Shown: positions 38,656 to 48,775 of the stretch, piece by piece | Numbering within the stretch: position 1 is the first letter of the stretch | Layout of the letters: every line of letters begins with the position of its first letter | Source: Candidatus Heimdallarchaeum aukensis | GTDB lineage: Archaea; Asgardarchaeota; Heimdallarchaeia; Heimdallarchaeales; Heimdallarchaeaceae | Direction of reading: 5' to 3' | Assembly: GCA_021513695.1 (NCBI GenBank) | Contig: CP084166.1 | Location: forward strand, 1,344,001-1,408,000 | DNA length: 64,000 nt | Program-made: the position numbers and the translations under genes | Notes under the pieces: model-generated | What the model saw: the letters and a program-made list of their open reading frames with translations, nothing else | The model's database searches: none | Told to the model about the DNA's origin: nothing

Positions 38656-41484
38656 GTGATTGCAATCAAAAAAATTTCTTGTACTATTATTCTTGTTTTA
38701 TTATTAAGTTCAGAGGTATATGGGACAATATATAACAATCAAGCAGAACAAGAAGAAAATAAAGAAAAAATGGATTTTACTAATCTTAAAAACATATTTA
38801 AAGAAAAGCAATTGTTAGAAGAATTCAATAAAGCACCAAGAAATCAAGATTTCAGGTTATTTATCAAACCAAGAAATTATGATTCAAGAATAATTTTACT
38901 TGATAAAGGTAGAAGAGCAAATCCAATTTCAATAGTTAATGGACTTTTTGCAACATATACTAAAGCAGAATTATTAAATTTAATTAATAGAGGTTTAATA
39001 TTTTCTGTCTGGAATAATAGTCAGATCATGATAGCAGATTCTGAAATAAATGTATCATCCTCACTTGTTCAAAACACTGCTAACTTCACAGAAATGATAA
39101 ATACAACAACATTATGGAAAAATAATATTAAAGGAGATAATGTCACAGTAGCTATTCTTGACACGGGGATATTGAAAAATCACCCTGCATTAAACACAAC
39201 ACAAGATGGAAAAAATAGAATTATCGCAACAAGGAATTTTTTTGATGAAGATTCGTATCCAACTGACAACAATGGACATGGTTCAGCATTAGCAGGAATT
39301 ATTGGGAGTAATGGTCTTTTTGGCTATCCTATAGGCGTTTCTCCCAATTGTAATTTCATAATAGGTAAAATCTTGACTAACGAAGGTCAAGGTACATTAG
39401 AAACTTTGCTTTCTGGGATGGATTGGGCAATTAGCCAAGGAGCGGACATTATCAACCTCTCAATAGGAAAAAAAGTTGAAAGCCTTCATGCTCCAGAAAT
39501 AGAAGCAGTAAATAATGCAGTAAATAAAGGTGTAATTGTAGTTAGCGCTGTTGGTAATTCAAGAGGTAAATTAGAATTTGGATATAACTCTAAATACACA
39601 GTTCTTAGCCCTGGAATAGCTAGCAATGTAATAACTGTTGGTGCAATTGATACAAATGAAGTTTTATACGAATTTAGTAGTGGAGGGCCAGTGACTATCA
39701 ATTTTAACGAAACTGAAGGAAAATATCTCTATGATTTCCAAGATGTGGATTACTGGATAAAACCTGATATTGTAGCTCCTGGAGTTAAAATTAATACAAC
39801 AACAAATTCTTTAGATTCAACAAAAATAGTAACAGGTACTAGTTATTCCACTGCTGTAGTATCAGGATTATGTGCGCTAGTTTTATCAAAAAACAAGGAA
39901 TATAAGCCATCAATAATAAAATCAGCAATTTTGAATAGCGCAACGAAATTAGAAAACAACCTAATATTTAGCTCTAATTCAACTATTAAAATAATCCCTG
40001 ATATTTTTTATCAAGGTGCAGGATTAGTTAATGCGGGTCATACTTTAGATGAATTAGAAAACATTCAAGATTTCACAATATGGCCTGCAGATTTTTCATT
40101 TTTAGATAAAAAATTATTCATTAACGAAAAAAAGCAGTTCTATATTAGTTTATTCATAAATAGACCCATTGAACATCTAACAATAAACATTGAGGGAGAT
40201 ATAAATAAAGGATTAACAATAAGCAATTTAGACACTTTAAACTCTAGTTCTATAGGACAATATAACCTTGCTTTTTTGATTGATGGTGAGAAATTTTCTT
40301 CAGGAATTCATAAAGGGGAAATAACCTTTGTCTCATCCGTATTAAACATAACCTTATCTCTACAAATAAATATCATTAATGCAAAAGGAAAGGTTTTAGT
40401 AGACTTTTTTGAGAAAAGTCCTATTGATTATTATTCATTAAAAGGGACTTTAACTAGCCTAGTAAGGACTTTACGAAAATTACAATTAGTTACTTCTTTT
40501 CTTAGAAGAGATATTGAGCAAAGAACATTATCTAGTCTAAACCTTTTAGACTATGATTTAATTATCTTAATCAATCCTAATGGATCTACAGAATTAAGAG
40601 ATTATTACTCAAATAGTGATTTAGAAGCTCTAAAAGACTATGTGCTACCTAGAGGAAATTATAAAGGAGGAAGTCTTTTAATTTTACCTTCACAATCAAG
40701 TGACTTCAATTTTATAGCTAACTTAACAAGTTTATTCAAAATCTCTCTTAGTCAAACAGAAATCGAAGAAGAATTTTTTGAATTTGGTTTCACGACTGGT
40801 CAGTTATTTTCATTTCCCAATGAAATAAGTGAGTTTTATATTCCAAAACCATTCATTGTAAAAGGAGAAAATAGTTCAGTAAAAAATTATGAAAACCGCT
40901 TTGCTTATGTAGATAACAGATATGGTGGAGGTTCACTCGTTTTTGTAGCTAATAACGTTGATATGTTTCTCTCATCTCCATACTTATACTCAACTACTAG
41001 TGAAAAATATATTACAACTCGATTTTCTTCAAAATACGGAAACAATACAAAACTCCTTGAAAACATAGTTTATACATGTAGACCTAATTACATACTGACA
41101 TCCGTTGAAACGGATAAAAAGGAATTCATAAAGAATGAAAAAATAACGTTAAAAATTTCTCTTAAAAATTATCACAAATATATTTCAGGATGGACTTTTA
41201 CTATTACTTTGGAAAATGAACAGACTTACATGGTTCCTTCATTCCAATACGTTGATCTTGAAAATGGTTCATATTTCTTGATTATAGATATAGAAAAGAA
41301 TAATATTAAACCTGGTCATTACTCTTTAGTTGTAAGGTCTTTTGCAGGAAATGAAAAAATTGAGGTAAACATTATAACTAACTTCTCTCTTACTCCAAGA
41401 TTCGTTGAAATTCCTCTCATTGTATGCGTTATTATAATTATATATACCCAAACCAAAAAAAGAAGAGTGAAGATTAAGAAATAG
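38656..41484 (+). CDS. Secreted subtilisin-like serine protease (peptidase S8) with a long C-terminal extension and a TM anchor
   Basis: The catalytic triad context is VAILDTGI (Asp), HGSALAGIIG (His) and GTSYSTAVVSG (Ser). It has a signal peptide and the C-terminal anchor IPLIVCVIIIIY followed by KKRRVKIKK. Confidence 0.85.
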   Translation: MIAIKKISCTIILVLLLSSEVYGTIYNNQAEQEENKEKMDFTNLKNIFKEKQLLEEFNKAPRNQDFRLFIKPRNYDSRIILLDKGRRANPISIVNGLFATYTKAELLNLINRGLIFSVWNNSQIMIADSEINVSSSLVQNTANFTEMINTTTLWKNNIKGDNVTVAILDTGILKNHPALNTTQDGKNRIIATRNFFDEDSYPTDNNGHGSALAGIIGSNGLFGYPIGVSPNCNFIIGKILTNEGQGTLETLLSGMDWAISQGADIINLSIGKKVESLHAPEIEAVNNAVNKGVIVVSAVGNSRGKLEFGYNSKYTVLSPGIASNVITVGAIDTNEVLYEFSSGGPVTINFNETEGKYLYDFQDVDYWIKPDIVAPGVKINTTTNSLDSTKIVTGTSYSTAVVSGLCALVLSKNKEYKPSIIKSAILNSATKLENNLIFSSNSTIKIIPDIFYQGAGLVNAGHTLDELENIQDFTIWPADFSFLDKKLFINEKKQFYISLFINRPIEHLTINIEGDINKGLTISNLDTLNSSSIGQYNLAFLIDGEKFSSGIHKGEITFVSSVLNITLSLQINIINAKGKVLVDFFEKSPIDYYSLKGTLTSLVRTLRKLQLVTSFLRRDIEQRTLSSLNLLDYDLIILINPNGSTELRDYYSNSDLEALKDYVLPRGNYKGGSLLILPSQSSDFNFIANLTSLFKISLSQTEIEEEFFEFGFTTGQLFSFPNEISEFYIPKPFIVKGENSSVKNYENRFAYVDNRYGGGSLVFVANNVDMFLSSPYLYSTTSEKYITTRFSSKYGNNTKLLENIVYTCRPNYILTSVETDKKEFIKNEKITLKISLKNYHKYISGWTFTITLENEQTYMVPSFQYVDLENGSYFLIIDIEKNNIKPGHYSLVVRSFAGNEKIEVNIITNFSLTPRFVEIPLIVCVIIIIYTQTKKRRVKIKK

Positions 41485-41854
41485 CGTTTCTTATATCAGA
41501 AGCATATCTTGCTAGAACTTGCATGGATAATGCAAGACTGTAGATTTCTCTTGAAGCTGCTAAAGTTATTACTTCTCCAGTATTTTGGAGTATGACAAAA
41601 CCCTCTCTTCCTTTTATAATAACTTGGTCTAATTCTCCATACTTTAATTGGGTGACAGTTTGCATTCCTGCAGCATTCAAAGCAGAAGCTAAAGCTGCCA
41701 TAATAACTGAATCAGTTCCTTGTTCTGCAAAAAAAGCTAATTCTTGTCCTTCTGAGGTTACTACTGCTATAGCACCAAGATCACATTTCTTTGTTATCTG
41801 TTTAAGTATCTGAATTACTGCTTTTTTTTGTTCGGGTGTTAAATCTGTAATCAT
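41474..41854 (-). CDS. Roadblock/LC7 (MglB-like) domain protein
   Basis: 126 aa. LGAIAVVTSEGQELAFFAE...LDQVIIKGREGFVILQNTGEVITLAAS is the roadblock pattern. Confidence 0.55.
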   Translation of the reverse strand: MITDLTPEQKKAVIQILKQITKKCDLGAIAVVTSEGQELAFFAEQGTDSVIMAALASALNAAGMQTVTQLKYGELDQVIIKGREGFVILQNTGEVITLAASREIYSLALSMQVLARYASDIRNAIS

Positions 41855-41931
41855 TGTTAAATAATAGATAAATCACTATTAAAAACTCTTTGCTTGAAAA
41901 GGATATTTTAAATTAGAGATTAAAGTGTTAA

Positions 41932-42591
41932 CTAAAAAATACGAGAACTATGGGTATTACAGACAGGCGTAAATACATCTTCCACAATTCCATTATGTTC
42001 ATACTTCCAATTGTTTAGAAACTTTGCTTCTTTTCCACAGATATAACATTTTCTTGGCCTGTCAAGTGGTTTTCTAATCCTTGATTTTCTATTCCAATAA
42101 ACTTGAAATTCTTCTACTTTCTTTGTAAATTTATCTAACATTTTCTGTGCATTTTCTGATTCATTTGGTTTCACACCGGTAGTAAAAACAATCCAGCTCC
42201 ATACAACGATTGTTAAGATATTTTTGAAAGATTTAATTGGAATCTTTGTAAAACCACTGATCATTATTTCCCTATATGTATCATGAACTCTGAAGTCAAG
42301 CCTTACTTCTTTTTTGGTATATTGATCACCAAAATCTAAATCATATTTTTCTTTAATTCGGATTAGTCTTTTACCAATTTCAGAAAACAACCAATCAACA
42401 GTATTCCAGCTTCCTTTTCTTTTTAATTCCAAGAACTTTATTCTAACATTTGGGTAAGATATCGAAATAAACAGTTCATTTACAGCACTGTTAGCCTTTC
42501 TTACCAAGTATTCGTAAATTCCTACCGGGAATTCTAGTGATTTTTCTAGGTGCACTGGAATCACTCTAGAATTAGAACACGTTTTTTTCAC
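41932..42591 (-). CDS. Hypothetical protein with a C-terminal CxxC...C-x2-H zinc-binding tail
   Basis: 219 aa with no recognised catalytic motif. The tail is KCYICGKEAK...PVCNTHSS. Confidence 0.35.
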   Translation of the reverse strand: MKKTCSNSRVIPVHLEKSLEFPVGIYEYLVRKANSAVNELFISISYPNVRIKFLELKRKGSWNTVDWLFSEIGKRLIRIKEKYDLDFGDQYTKKEVRLDFRVHDTYREIMISGFTKIPIKSFKNILTIVVWSWIVFTTGVKPNESENAQKMLDKFTKKVEEFQVYWNRKSRIRKPLDRPRKCYICGKEAKFLNNWKYEHNGIVEDVFTPVCNTHSSRIF

Positions 42592-42701
42592 CTATAAATC
42601 TTATCCTTTTAAGATTTCATTGTTTGAGAAAATATTTTTTATTAAAAAATAAAAATTCTACAAGTTTATATAATCATACCTATTTAGAATTTTAGATTTG
42701 C

Positions 42702-44861
42702 TTGAATGAAGAAAACCTAGATTTTTGTCCTAATTGTGGAAAGATACTTGTAATAAAAAATAACAAAGCTTTTTGTTCCAAATGCAGAATTAGAATCAAA
42801 ATTAGCTCAACAAACTCAGATAATGTGACAATAGAACAAGACAGTTTTAGTAATTATCAAAAAAGAAGGGAACAAAAAAAGAAAGACAGAAAGTTAAAAG
42901 ACCTCAAAAAAGACATAACAGGACAGAGTTTACAAGAATGGGAGAAATTTTTTCCATATGAAACTATTAGAGCACAACAAAAGACGATTATATCAAGTAT
43001 CTCTAATGCCATTAATGAAAAAAAGCACATACTTATTCAAGCTGTAAATGGAGTAGGAAAAACAATTTCACTACTTACTGGAGTTTTACCTACTGCTAAA
43101 AAACAAAAAAAAGTTGTTATATATACTTGCAGAACACACGAACAGATGGACAGAGTTGCTGAAGAATTAAAGAATATCCGCTTATTTCAAAAAATAAGTG
43201 CTATCACTTTAAGAGGAAGAAAAGAATTATGTCCAAATAAACTTATCCAAAAATTTGCAGTTGATGCAAAAAATACTGCTGAAATTTGTGCTCAATTAAA
43301 AAAAGAAGGTAAATGCAAATTTTTTAATAATCTCTCAAATAGCGCCTTAATTTCTAAACTTATAAAAGATCTTGAAGTAAGTGTATTAGACAGCACAGAC
43401 TTATGGGAAATAGGTGAAACATTCGAAATATGTCCCTATGAAATAAGTAAAAAATTATTGCTAAAAGCTGATGTAGTTGCAACTAGCTATCAATATATAT
43501 TTAATCCCTTTATCTTCAACACGTTTCTTTCTCACTTAGAAAAAAATTTTGATGATATAATCCTTATAATTGATGAAGCCCACAATTTACCCTCTACAGC
43601 AATTGAAATCAGTAGTGAAAGTTTATCTTCTATTGCTATAGAGAATGCTATGTCTGAAGCAGCAAAGGCAAGAGAAGGATTTCTATATGACTTTTTGGAA
43701 GCTTTAAATTTTGAGCTAGAGAGAAGATCAAAGGAACTAAGACCAGAAGTGGATTTACCCTACAACCCAATTGATTTGCTTGAAAAAGTAAGAAAAAGAT
43801 CAAGGATTAGATGTGATGAAACGGTAATAGAATCATTAGAATTACTTGCTGACAAAATAAAAGAAGAGAAACTGAAAAGGAACAAAGCTCCTTTATCTTC
43901 AGCATCTTCTGTAGCACGTTTCCTTGGACACTTATTAGACTCAATTGATAAAGATGAATATGCTCAATTTATTTCAGTTATAGAAGGAAGAAGGAGAGAT
44001 CGCATCCCTACATTTACAACTTTAGCTTTAGACCCTAGAGTTATCACAAAAAGAATCCTTCAAAACGTTTATTTCACTATTTCCGCGTCTGGTACTCTAG
44101 AACCAATTGAATCGTATCAATCCTTAATTGGTGTTGAAAAAAAGGGATCTGAAGTTTTAATTCTTGATTCTCCTTATACGACCGAAAATATTCAATCTCT
44201 TGTGATTAATGGAGTTTCTACAAAGTTAAGTTTTAGAACCCCTGAAAATTTTAAGAAAATGAATGAGATAATTGAAGCAGTAGTAAATGCCACACCTAAA
44301 AATATAGGTATATTTTGTGCTTCATATAAGGTTCTAGAAAGCCTTCTTGAAAATGGATTAGAAGAGAGAATATCCAAACCCTTGTTCATCACATACCAAG
44401 GCATGAGTTCTAGAGACAGTTTCAGCGTAATTAATTCATTTAAAGATGAAGGAAAGTTTGAAGGAGGAGTCTTACTTTCTGTATTAGGTGGGAGAAGTTC
44501 TGAAGGTTCTGATTATCCTGCTGAAATGATGCAAAGTGTGATTATTGTAGGTATTCCTTTTGCTAAACCTAACGCTAAAATTGAAGCTTCAATTCAGTAT
44601 TTAGAAAAACAATTTCCTGGAAAAGGAAGAGAATATGGGTATACCATACCAGCAATGACCAGAGCAGCACAAGCGGCCGGAAGGCCTATTAGGAGTTTAA
44701 AAGATATCGCTTCAATAATTTTAATGGATTATCGATTTGGCATAGACTATTATAGAAAGCATCTTCCATCATGGATTACAGGAAATATTAGAATAGTTCC
44801 TGCAGATAAAGACATTGTAGAAGAAAGAGTAAAAGAATTCTTTGATTACCACTTCAAATAA
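42702..44861 (+). CDS. xpd: XPD/Rad3-family 5'-3' DNA helicase (FeS-cluster helicase) with an N-terminal zinc ribbon
   Basis: The zinc ribbon is CPNCGK...CSKC. Motif I is AVNGVGKT. DEAHNL is the DEAH box. The four FeS cysteines are LCPN, GKCKFF and ICPYE. Length is 719 aa. Confidence 0.85.
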   Translation: MNEENLDFCPNCGKILVIKNNKAFCSKCRIRIKISSTNSDNVTIEQDSFSNYQKRREQKKKDRKLKDLKKDITGQSLQEWEKFFPYETIRAQQKTIISSISNAINEKKHILIQAVNGVGKTISLLTGVLPTAKKQKKVVIYTCRTHEQMDRVAEELKNIRLFQKISAITLRGRKELCPNKLIQKFAVDAKNTAEICAQLKKEGKCKFFNNLSNSALISKLIKDLEVSVLDSTDLWEIGETFEICPYEISKKLLLKADVVATSYQYIFNPFIFNTFLSHLEKNFDDIILIIDEAHNLPSTAIEISSESLSSIAIENAMSEAAKAREGFLYDFLEALNFELERRSKELRPEVDLPYNPIDLLEKVRKRSRIRCDETVIESLELLADKIKEEKLKRNKAPLSSASSVARFLGHLLDSIDKDEYAQFISVIEGRRRDRIPTFTTLALDPRVITKRILQNVYFTISASGTLEPIESYQSLIGVEKKGSEVLILDSPYTTENIQSLVINGVSTKLSFRTPENFKKMNEIIEAVVNATPKNIGIFCASYKVLESLLENGLEERISKPLFITYQGMSSRDSFSVINSFKDEGKFEGGVLLSVLGGRSSEGSDYPAEMMQSVIIVGIPFAKPNAKIEASIQYLEKQFPGKGREYGYTIPAMTRAAQAAGRPIRSLKDIASIILMDYRFGIDYYRKHLPSWITGNIRIVPADKDIVEERVKEFFDYHFK

Positions 44862-44901
44862 TTGAGAAACGCTTTTATTACTTATTTTTGTTTTTTAAAC
44901 A

Positions 44902-45360
44902 ATGAAAGCAATTTTTGAAATTAAAAATAAATCAGAGAAACAAGTTCTTTTGGATTTAGAAGAGCTTTCTGAAAAATATAACAGTTCTGTAAAAAAGGAA
45001 GATCAAGGAGAAGGACACTTTATTCTTACAGAATCAAAACTTCAAATTGTAGAAAGAGTTGAAGGTGATCAAATAATAGTTCAAGTCTGGGGAGCTTCAG
45101 AAGGAGACATTCAAGAGCTTTCAAATTACTGGGGACAACCAAAAAAGCTGATAAAAGAAAAACCATCACCTAACGATTTAGCTAAAGAGATAATATATAT
45201 TCCAAATATAACTGAAATGAAGAAAAATGAGTTGTTAGAATTGTTAGAAATAAGTGAGAAAGACTTGGATAAATATAAAAGATTAATTGACAGATTAGCA
45301 CAAAGAAAAAACGTAAGCGATGAATTAAAGAAAGCAAATGAGATACTAAAAAAATTCTAA
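44902..45360 (+). CDS. Hypothetical acidic protein
   Basis: 152 aa with no motif. It starts 40 nt after the xpd stop. Confidence 0.3.
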   Translation: MKAIFEIKNKSEKQVLLDLEELSEKYNSSVKKEDQGEGHFILTESKLQIVERVEGDQIIVQVWGASEGDIQELSNYWGQPKKLIKEKPSPNDLAKEIIYIPNITEMKKNELLELLEISEKDLDKYKRLIDRLAQRKNVSDELKKANEILKKF

Positions 45361-45423
45361 TATTTGGTGTAAATTCATTCAAAATTAGTAGATAAGCTAG
45401 ACTTATTTATAGGAAAAACTTAA

Positions 45424-47493
45424 TTGTCTATTATGGGCAAGAAAATATTTTCAATAATAATTGTTCTTTTACTGGTAATACCTTTTTCCAGTTTAAGTAA
45501 TATTTCAAATTCTCAAGCAGAAAATAAAACAGTAAAAAGTTATTTTGAGCAAGCAATAACAACTACTACATTTAAAGGAGAAACAAATATTACAACTTTA
45601 ATAGGACCTGATTATGCCTATGATGTTATTATTAACTCATTAAAACGAGCTCAAACTTCATTTTATTTAGAAGTTTATACTTTATCCAGCGAACCACTTG
45701 TAAATGAGCTCATTAGAGCAAAAGAAAGAGGAGTAGAAGTAATTGTTTTACTTTCTCACGATAGAGTAAGCGGATATGAAGATGAGTATACTAAAGAAGC
45801 TGCTTACAGATTAGATAATGCAGGAATTGACGTATTATGGACAAGCAGCGAATTCCGTTTTACTCATGCCAAATTCTGGATAGTTGACAGTGAAACAGTC
45901 TTTGTTTATTCTGGAAATTGGGCTCCATCTAGTATCCCACAATATCCTTCAGCTTATAAAAATAGAGAAATGGGTTTTGCAATTACTGATACTGAAATTG
46001 CAGCCTACTATGAAGATGTATTTTTCGATGATATGGCTGCATCAACACCCTATGATCCTTCTATTGGTCATACAGGAAATCTTCAAGCAAATTCAACTAG
46101 CGGATCATATGAACATCCTTTTAATTCTGCCATTTTTATCGAATATGCAGAAGTTACACCTATTTTCTCTCCTGATAACAGTTATGCGCTTCTCTCATCA
46201 CTAATCAAATCAGCCAATGTATCAATTGATATAGAAATGCAATATATTCTATTTGACTGTGAGCTTCTACAAGACATTATAGATGCATCACAAAGAGGTG
46301 TCGCAATAAGAGTAATAATTAACAAACCAGACTCATCAGGAGAAAATGTTACAGAAACTTTGCTTACTAATGGCATTCAAGTCAAATTTTTCAAAGGATT
46401 GAGTCATAACCATAACAAATATGTTAGCGTCGATGGAGAGATTGTACAAATTTCAAGTATTAATTGGTCTAACAACTCACTTACCAATAATAGAGAAGCA
46501 GGAGCTATAATCAAAAATTCAAATGTAGCAGAATATTTCAAGCAAATTTTTGATTATGATTGGAATAAAGGTGAAACACCAGAAGGTTTTGCAGTTCCAG
46601 TTGCATTAATTGATCCTCTCCCAGGAGGGATAGTTAAAGGTACATATGATTTCAAAGCTTCTTTCTCAGTTTATAATTATTCTTCCGCAGAACTTCAGAT
46701 TGATGGTTCTACAGCTCATTCTTGGACGAATCCCGAAAACATTGAAACAGTATCAATAGATACATCATCTTATTCAGACGGAATTCACACTGTAAAGATT
46801 ATAGCTACAAAAGATGACGATAGTACAGTTGAAATAGAAGAGAAAATCAATATTATCAACGTAGACGAATGGTTATTATTAATTAGCGAAGTAAGATATG
46901 ATGCAGTTTCTGAACCAGGTGGAGAATTTGTAGAGTTATACAATGCCTTTGATTTTTCTCTATACTTGCAAAATTGGAAATTTACAGATAATGAAGGAGA
47001 ATATAAAATGTCTGAAGGCACTATGATTACTTCTGGACAAGTTTTAATTTTCGCAAGTGATAGCAGTGCTTTTGTTTCCGAAATGGCAGACTTAGGAATT
47101 TCTGGTGTATCTGCAGATTTTGGGCTAGGAGATATATCTCTTGCTAATACAGGAGATGAAATTTTACTAGTGTCTCCAGATGGTGAGGTAAGAGATGCTG
47201 TTTCATGGGGATCAGGAAGTGCTTCTGGAGTCATTGCATGGAGTGGTTCAACAGGAGAGGATAAAACTCTTCAGAGAGTACCAGCCAATGAAGATACTGA
47301 TGATTGTACAAATGATTTTCAGGCTAAAGCCCCTACTCCAGGAGAAGTAGATTTAGATTCAATAAATACAGAAACAGGAGCAAACACAGACGACACAGAG
47401 CCAGAATTTACAAGTTTCAATTTCCTATACGTCATTTTTGGTATAATTTCTCTAACTGCTTTAAGTAGTATTTTTAAAAGAATAAGAAAATAG
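45424..47493 (+). CDS. Secreted phospholipase D-superfamily protein (two HKD motifs) fused to a C-terminal lamin-tail domain and a TM anchor
   Basis: The HKD motifs are FTHAKFWIVD and HNHNKYVSVD. The LTD-like segment is ISEVRYDAVSEPGGEFVELYN...GDEILLVSPDGEVRDAVSWG. Signal peptide present. C-terminal anchor FNFLYVIFGIISLTALSSIFKRIRK. Confidence 0.75.
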   Translation: MSIMGKKIFSIIIVLLLVIPFSSLSNISNSQAENKTVKSYFEQAITTTTFKGETNITTLIGPDYAYDVIINSLKRAQTSFYLEVYTLSSEPLVNELIRAKERGVEVIVLLSHDRVSGYEDEYTKEAAYRLDNAGIDVLWTSSEFRFTHAKFWIVDSETVFVYSGNWAPSSIPQYPSAYKNREMGFAITDTEIAAYYEDVFFDDMAASTPYDPSIGHTGNLQANSTSGSYEHPFNSAIFIEYAEVTPIFSPDNSYALLSSLIKSANVSIDIEMQYILFDCELLQDIIDASQRGVAIRVIINKPDSSGENVTETLLTNGIQVKFFKGLSHNHNKYVSVDGEIVQISSINWSNNSLTNNREAGAIIKNSNVAEYFKQIFDYDWNKGETPEGFAVPVALIDPLPGGIVKGTYDFKASFSVYNYSSAELQIDGSTAHSWTNPENIETVSIDTSSYSDGIHTVKIIATKDDDSTVEIEEKINIINVDEWLLLISEVRYDAVSEPGGEFVELYNAFDFSLYLQNWKFTDNEGEYKMSEGTMITSGQVLIFASDSSAFVSEMADLGISGVSADFGLGDISLANTGDEILLVSPDGEVRDAVSWGSGSASGVIAWSGSTGEDKTLQRVPANEDTDDCTNDFQAKAPTPGEVDLDSINTETGANTDDTEPEFTSFNFLYVIFGIISLTALSSIFKRIRK

Positions 47494-47599
47494 CATCTTT
47501 TTCTTATTTTTTCTATTTTTAGGCACTTTATTATTAGGTAAAAACTATTGATAAAACTGATACTGAGTTTAAATAGTAAAATACCATAATGTAAATGAT

Positions 47600-48745
47600 A
47601 TGGTTTTGTTTCTTAACGAAGGGCCAATAATAACTAAAAATGAGCGGGAATTTAACTATATTATCTTATATATGGATTTAGATGCCTTTTATGCATCTGT
47701 TGAAATTAGAGACAAACCATTTTTAAAAGGAAAACCTGTAATCATTGGGGGAAATCCTGAAACAAAGAGAGGTGTCGTTTCTACTTGTTCCTATGAAGCA
47801 AGAAAATTTGGTATTCACTCTGGTATGCCAATAAACAAGGCTCTAGAGCTATGTCCTGATGTAATTATTCTAAGAGGTAATTTTCAACTATATTCTCAAG
47901 TTTCAAAGAATATAATGGAGATTTTAGAGAGGTATGCTTCTACTTTGAAAGTTTCAAGTATAGATGAAGCATACATTGATATTACTGATGTAGTTGAAAA
48001 TTATGAGGAAGCAAAGCTTCTTGCAATTGACATCAAAGATGAGATCTATTCAATTGAGAAAATCACTTGTTCTATTGGAATTGCACCTAATAAAATTTTA
48101 GCAAAAATCGCATCAGATGTAAATAAACCCAATGGATTAACTATAGTAAAACCTTCTAAAGTTAAAGATTTCCTAGCGCCCTTAGATATTACAAAAATTC
48201 CGGGAGTTGGTAAAAAATCAAAACAATATTTTGATAAATTAAACATTAAAACTTGTGGTGATTTAGCAAGAACTCCATATTATAAAATATTCCATTCTTT
48301 TGGTAATCATGGCTTAAAACTTTGGAAACTAGTAAATGGATATAACACAGAATCAACTGAAAAAAAGTTTGAAAAAAGAGAAAGAAAATCAATTAGTAAA
48401 GAGCAAACCTTTTTTGAAACTAAAAAAAGTTGGCAAGAAATAGAAATAGAAATCAAAAAAGCAACTGAAAAAATTGTACAAAAAGCTAAAGAAAGAAGGA
48501 TGCAGTTTCGTACAGTTTCTTTAAAAATCAGAGATAGGAAATTTAATACTTCAATCAGGAGTTATTCATTAAATTGTTATTCTGTAAAGGAGAATGATGT
48601 CTATCTAGCAATTGAGAAACTACTTATCCCATTCAAAGAGAAATATCTCCCAAAGGATATTAGGCTTATAGGAGTAAAAATTAGCAATTTAATTAAAATT
48701 CCAGATGAGCAAAAAAATCTATCACAATTTTTTAATAATGTTTAG
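47600..48745 (+). CDS. dinB: Y-family DNA polymerase IV (DinB/Dpo4-like). The probable true start is near 47672 (MDLDAFY...)
   Basis: YMDLDAFYASVEIRDKPFLKGKPVIIGG is the canonical DinB N-terminal motif. SIDEAYIDIT is the catalytic acidic motif. The little-finger region is at the C-terminus. Confidence 0.85.
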   Translation: MVLFLNEGPIITKNEREFNYIILYMDLDAFYASVEIRDKPFLKGKPVIIGGNPETKRGVVSTCSYEARKFGIHSGMPINKALELCPDVIILRGNFQLYSQVSKNIMEILERYASTLKVSSIDEAYIDITDVVENYEEAKLLAIDIKDEIYSIEKITCSIGIAPNKILAKIASDVNKPNGLTIVKPSKVKDFLAPLDITKIPGVGKKSKQYFDKLNIKTCGDLARTPYYKIFHSFGNHGLKLWKLVNGYNTESTEKKFEKRERKSISKEQTFFETKKSWQEIEIEIKKATEKIVQKAKERRMQFRTVSLKIRDRKFNTSIRSYSLNCYSVKENDVYLAIEKLLIPFKEKYLPKDIRLIGVKISNLIKIPDEQKNLSQFFNNV

Positions 48746-48775
48746 AATATTCATTTTTGGAAAACGCTGATATCA

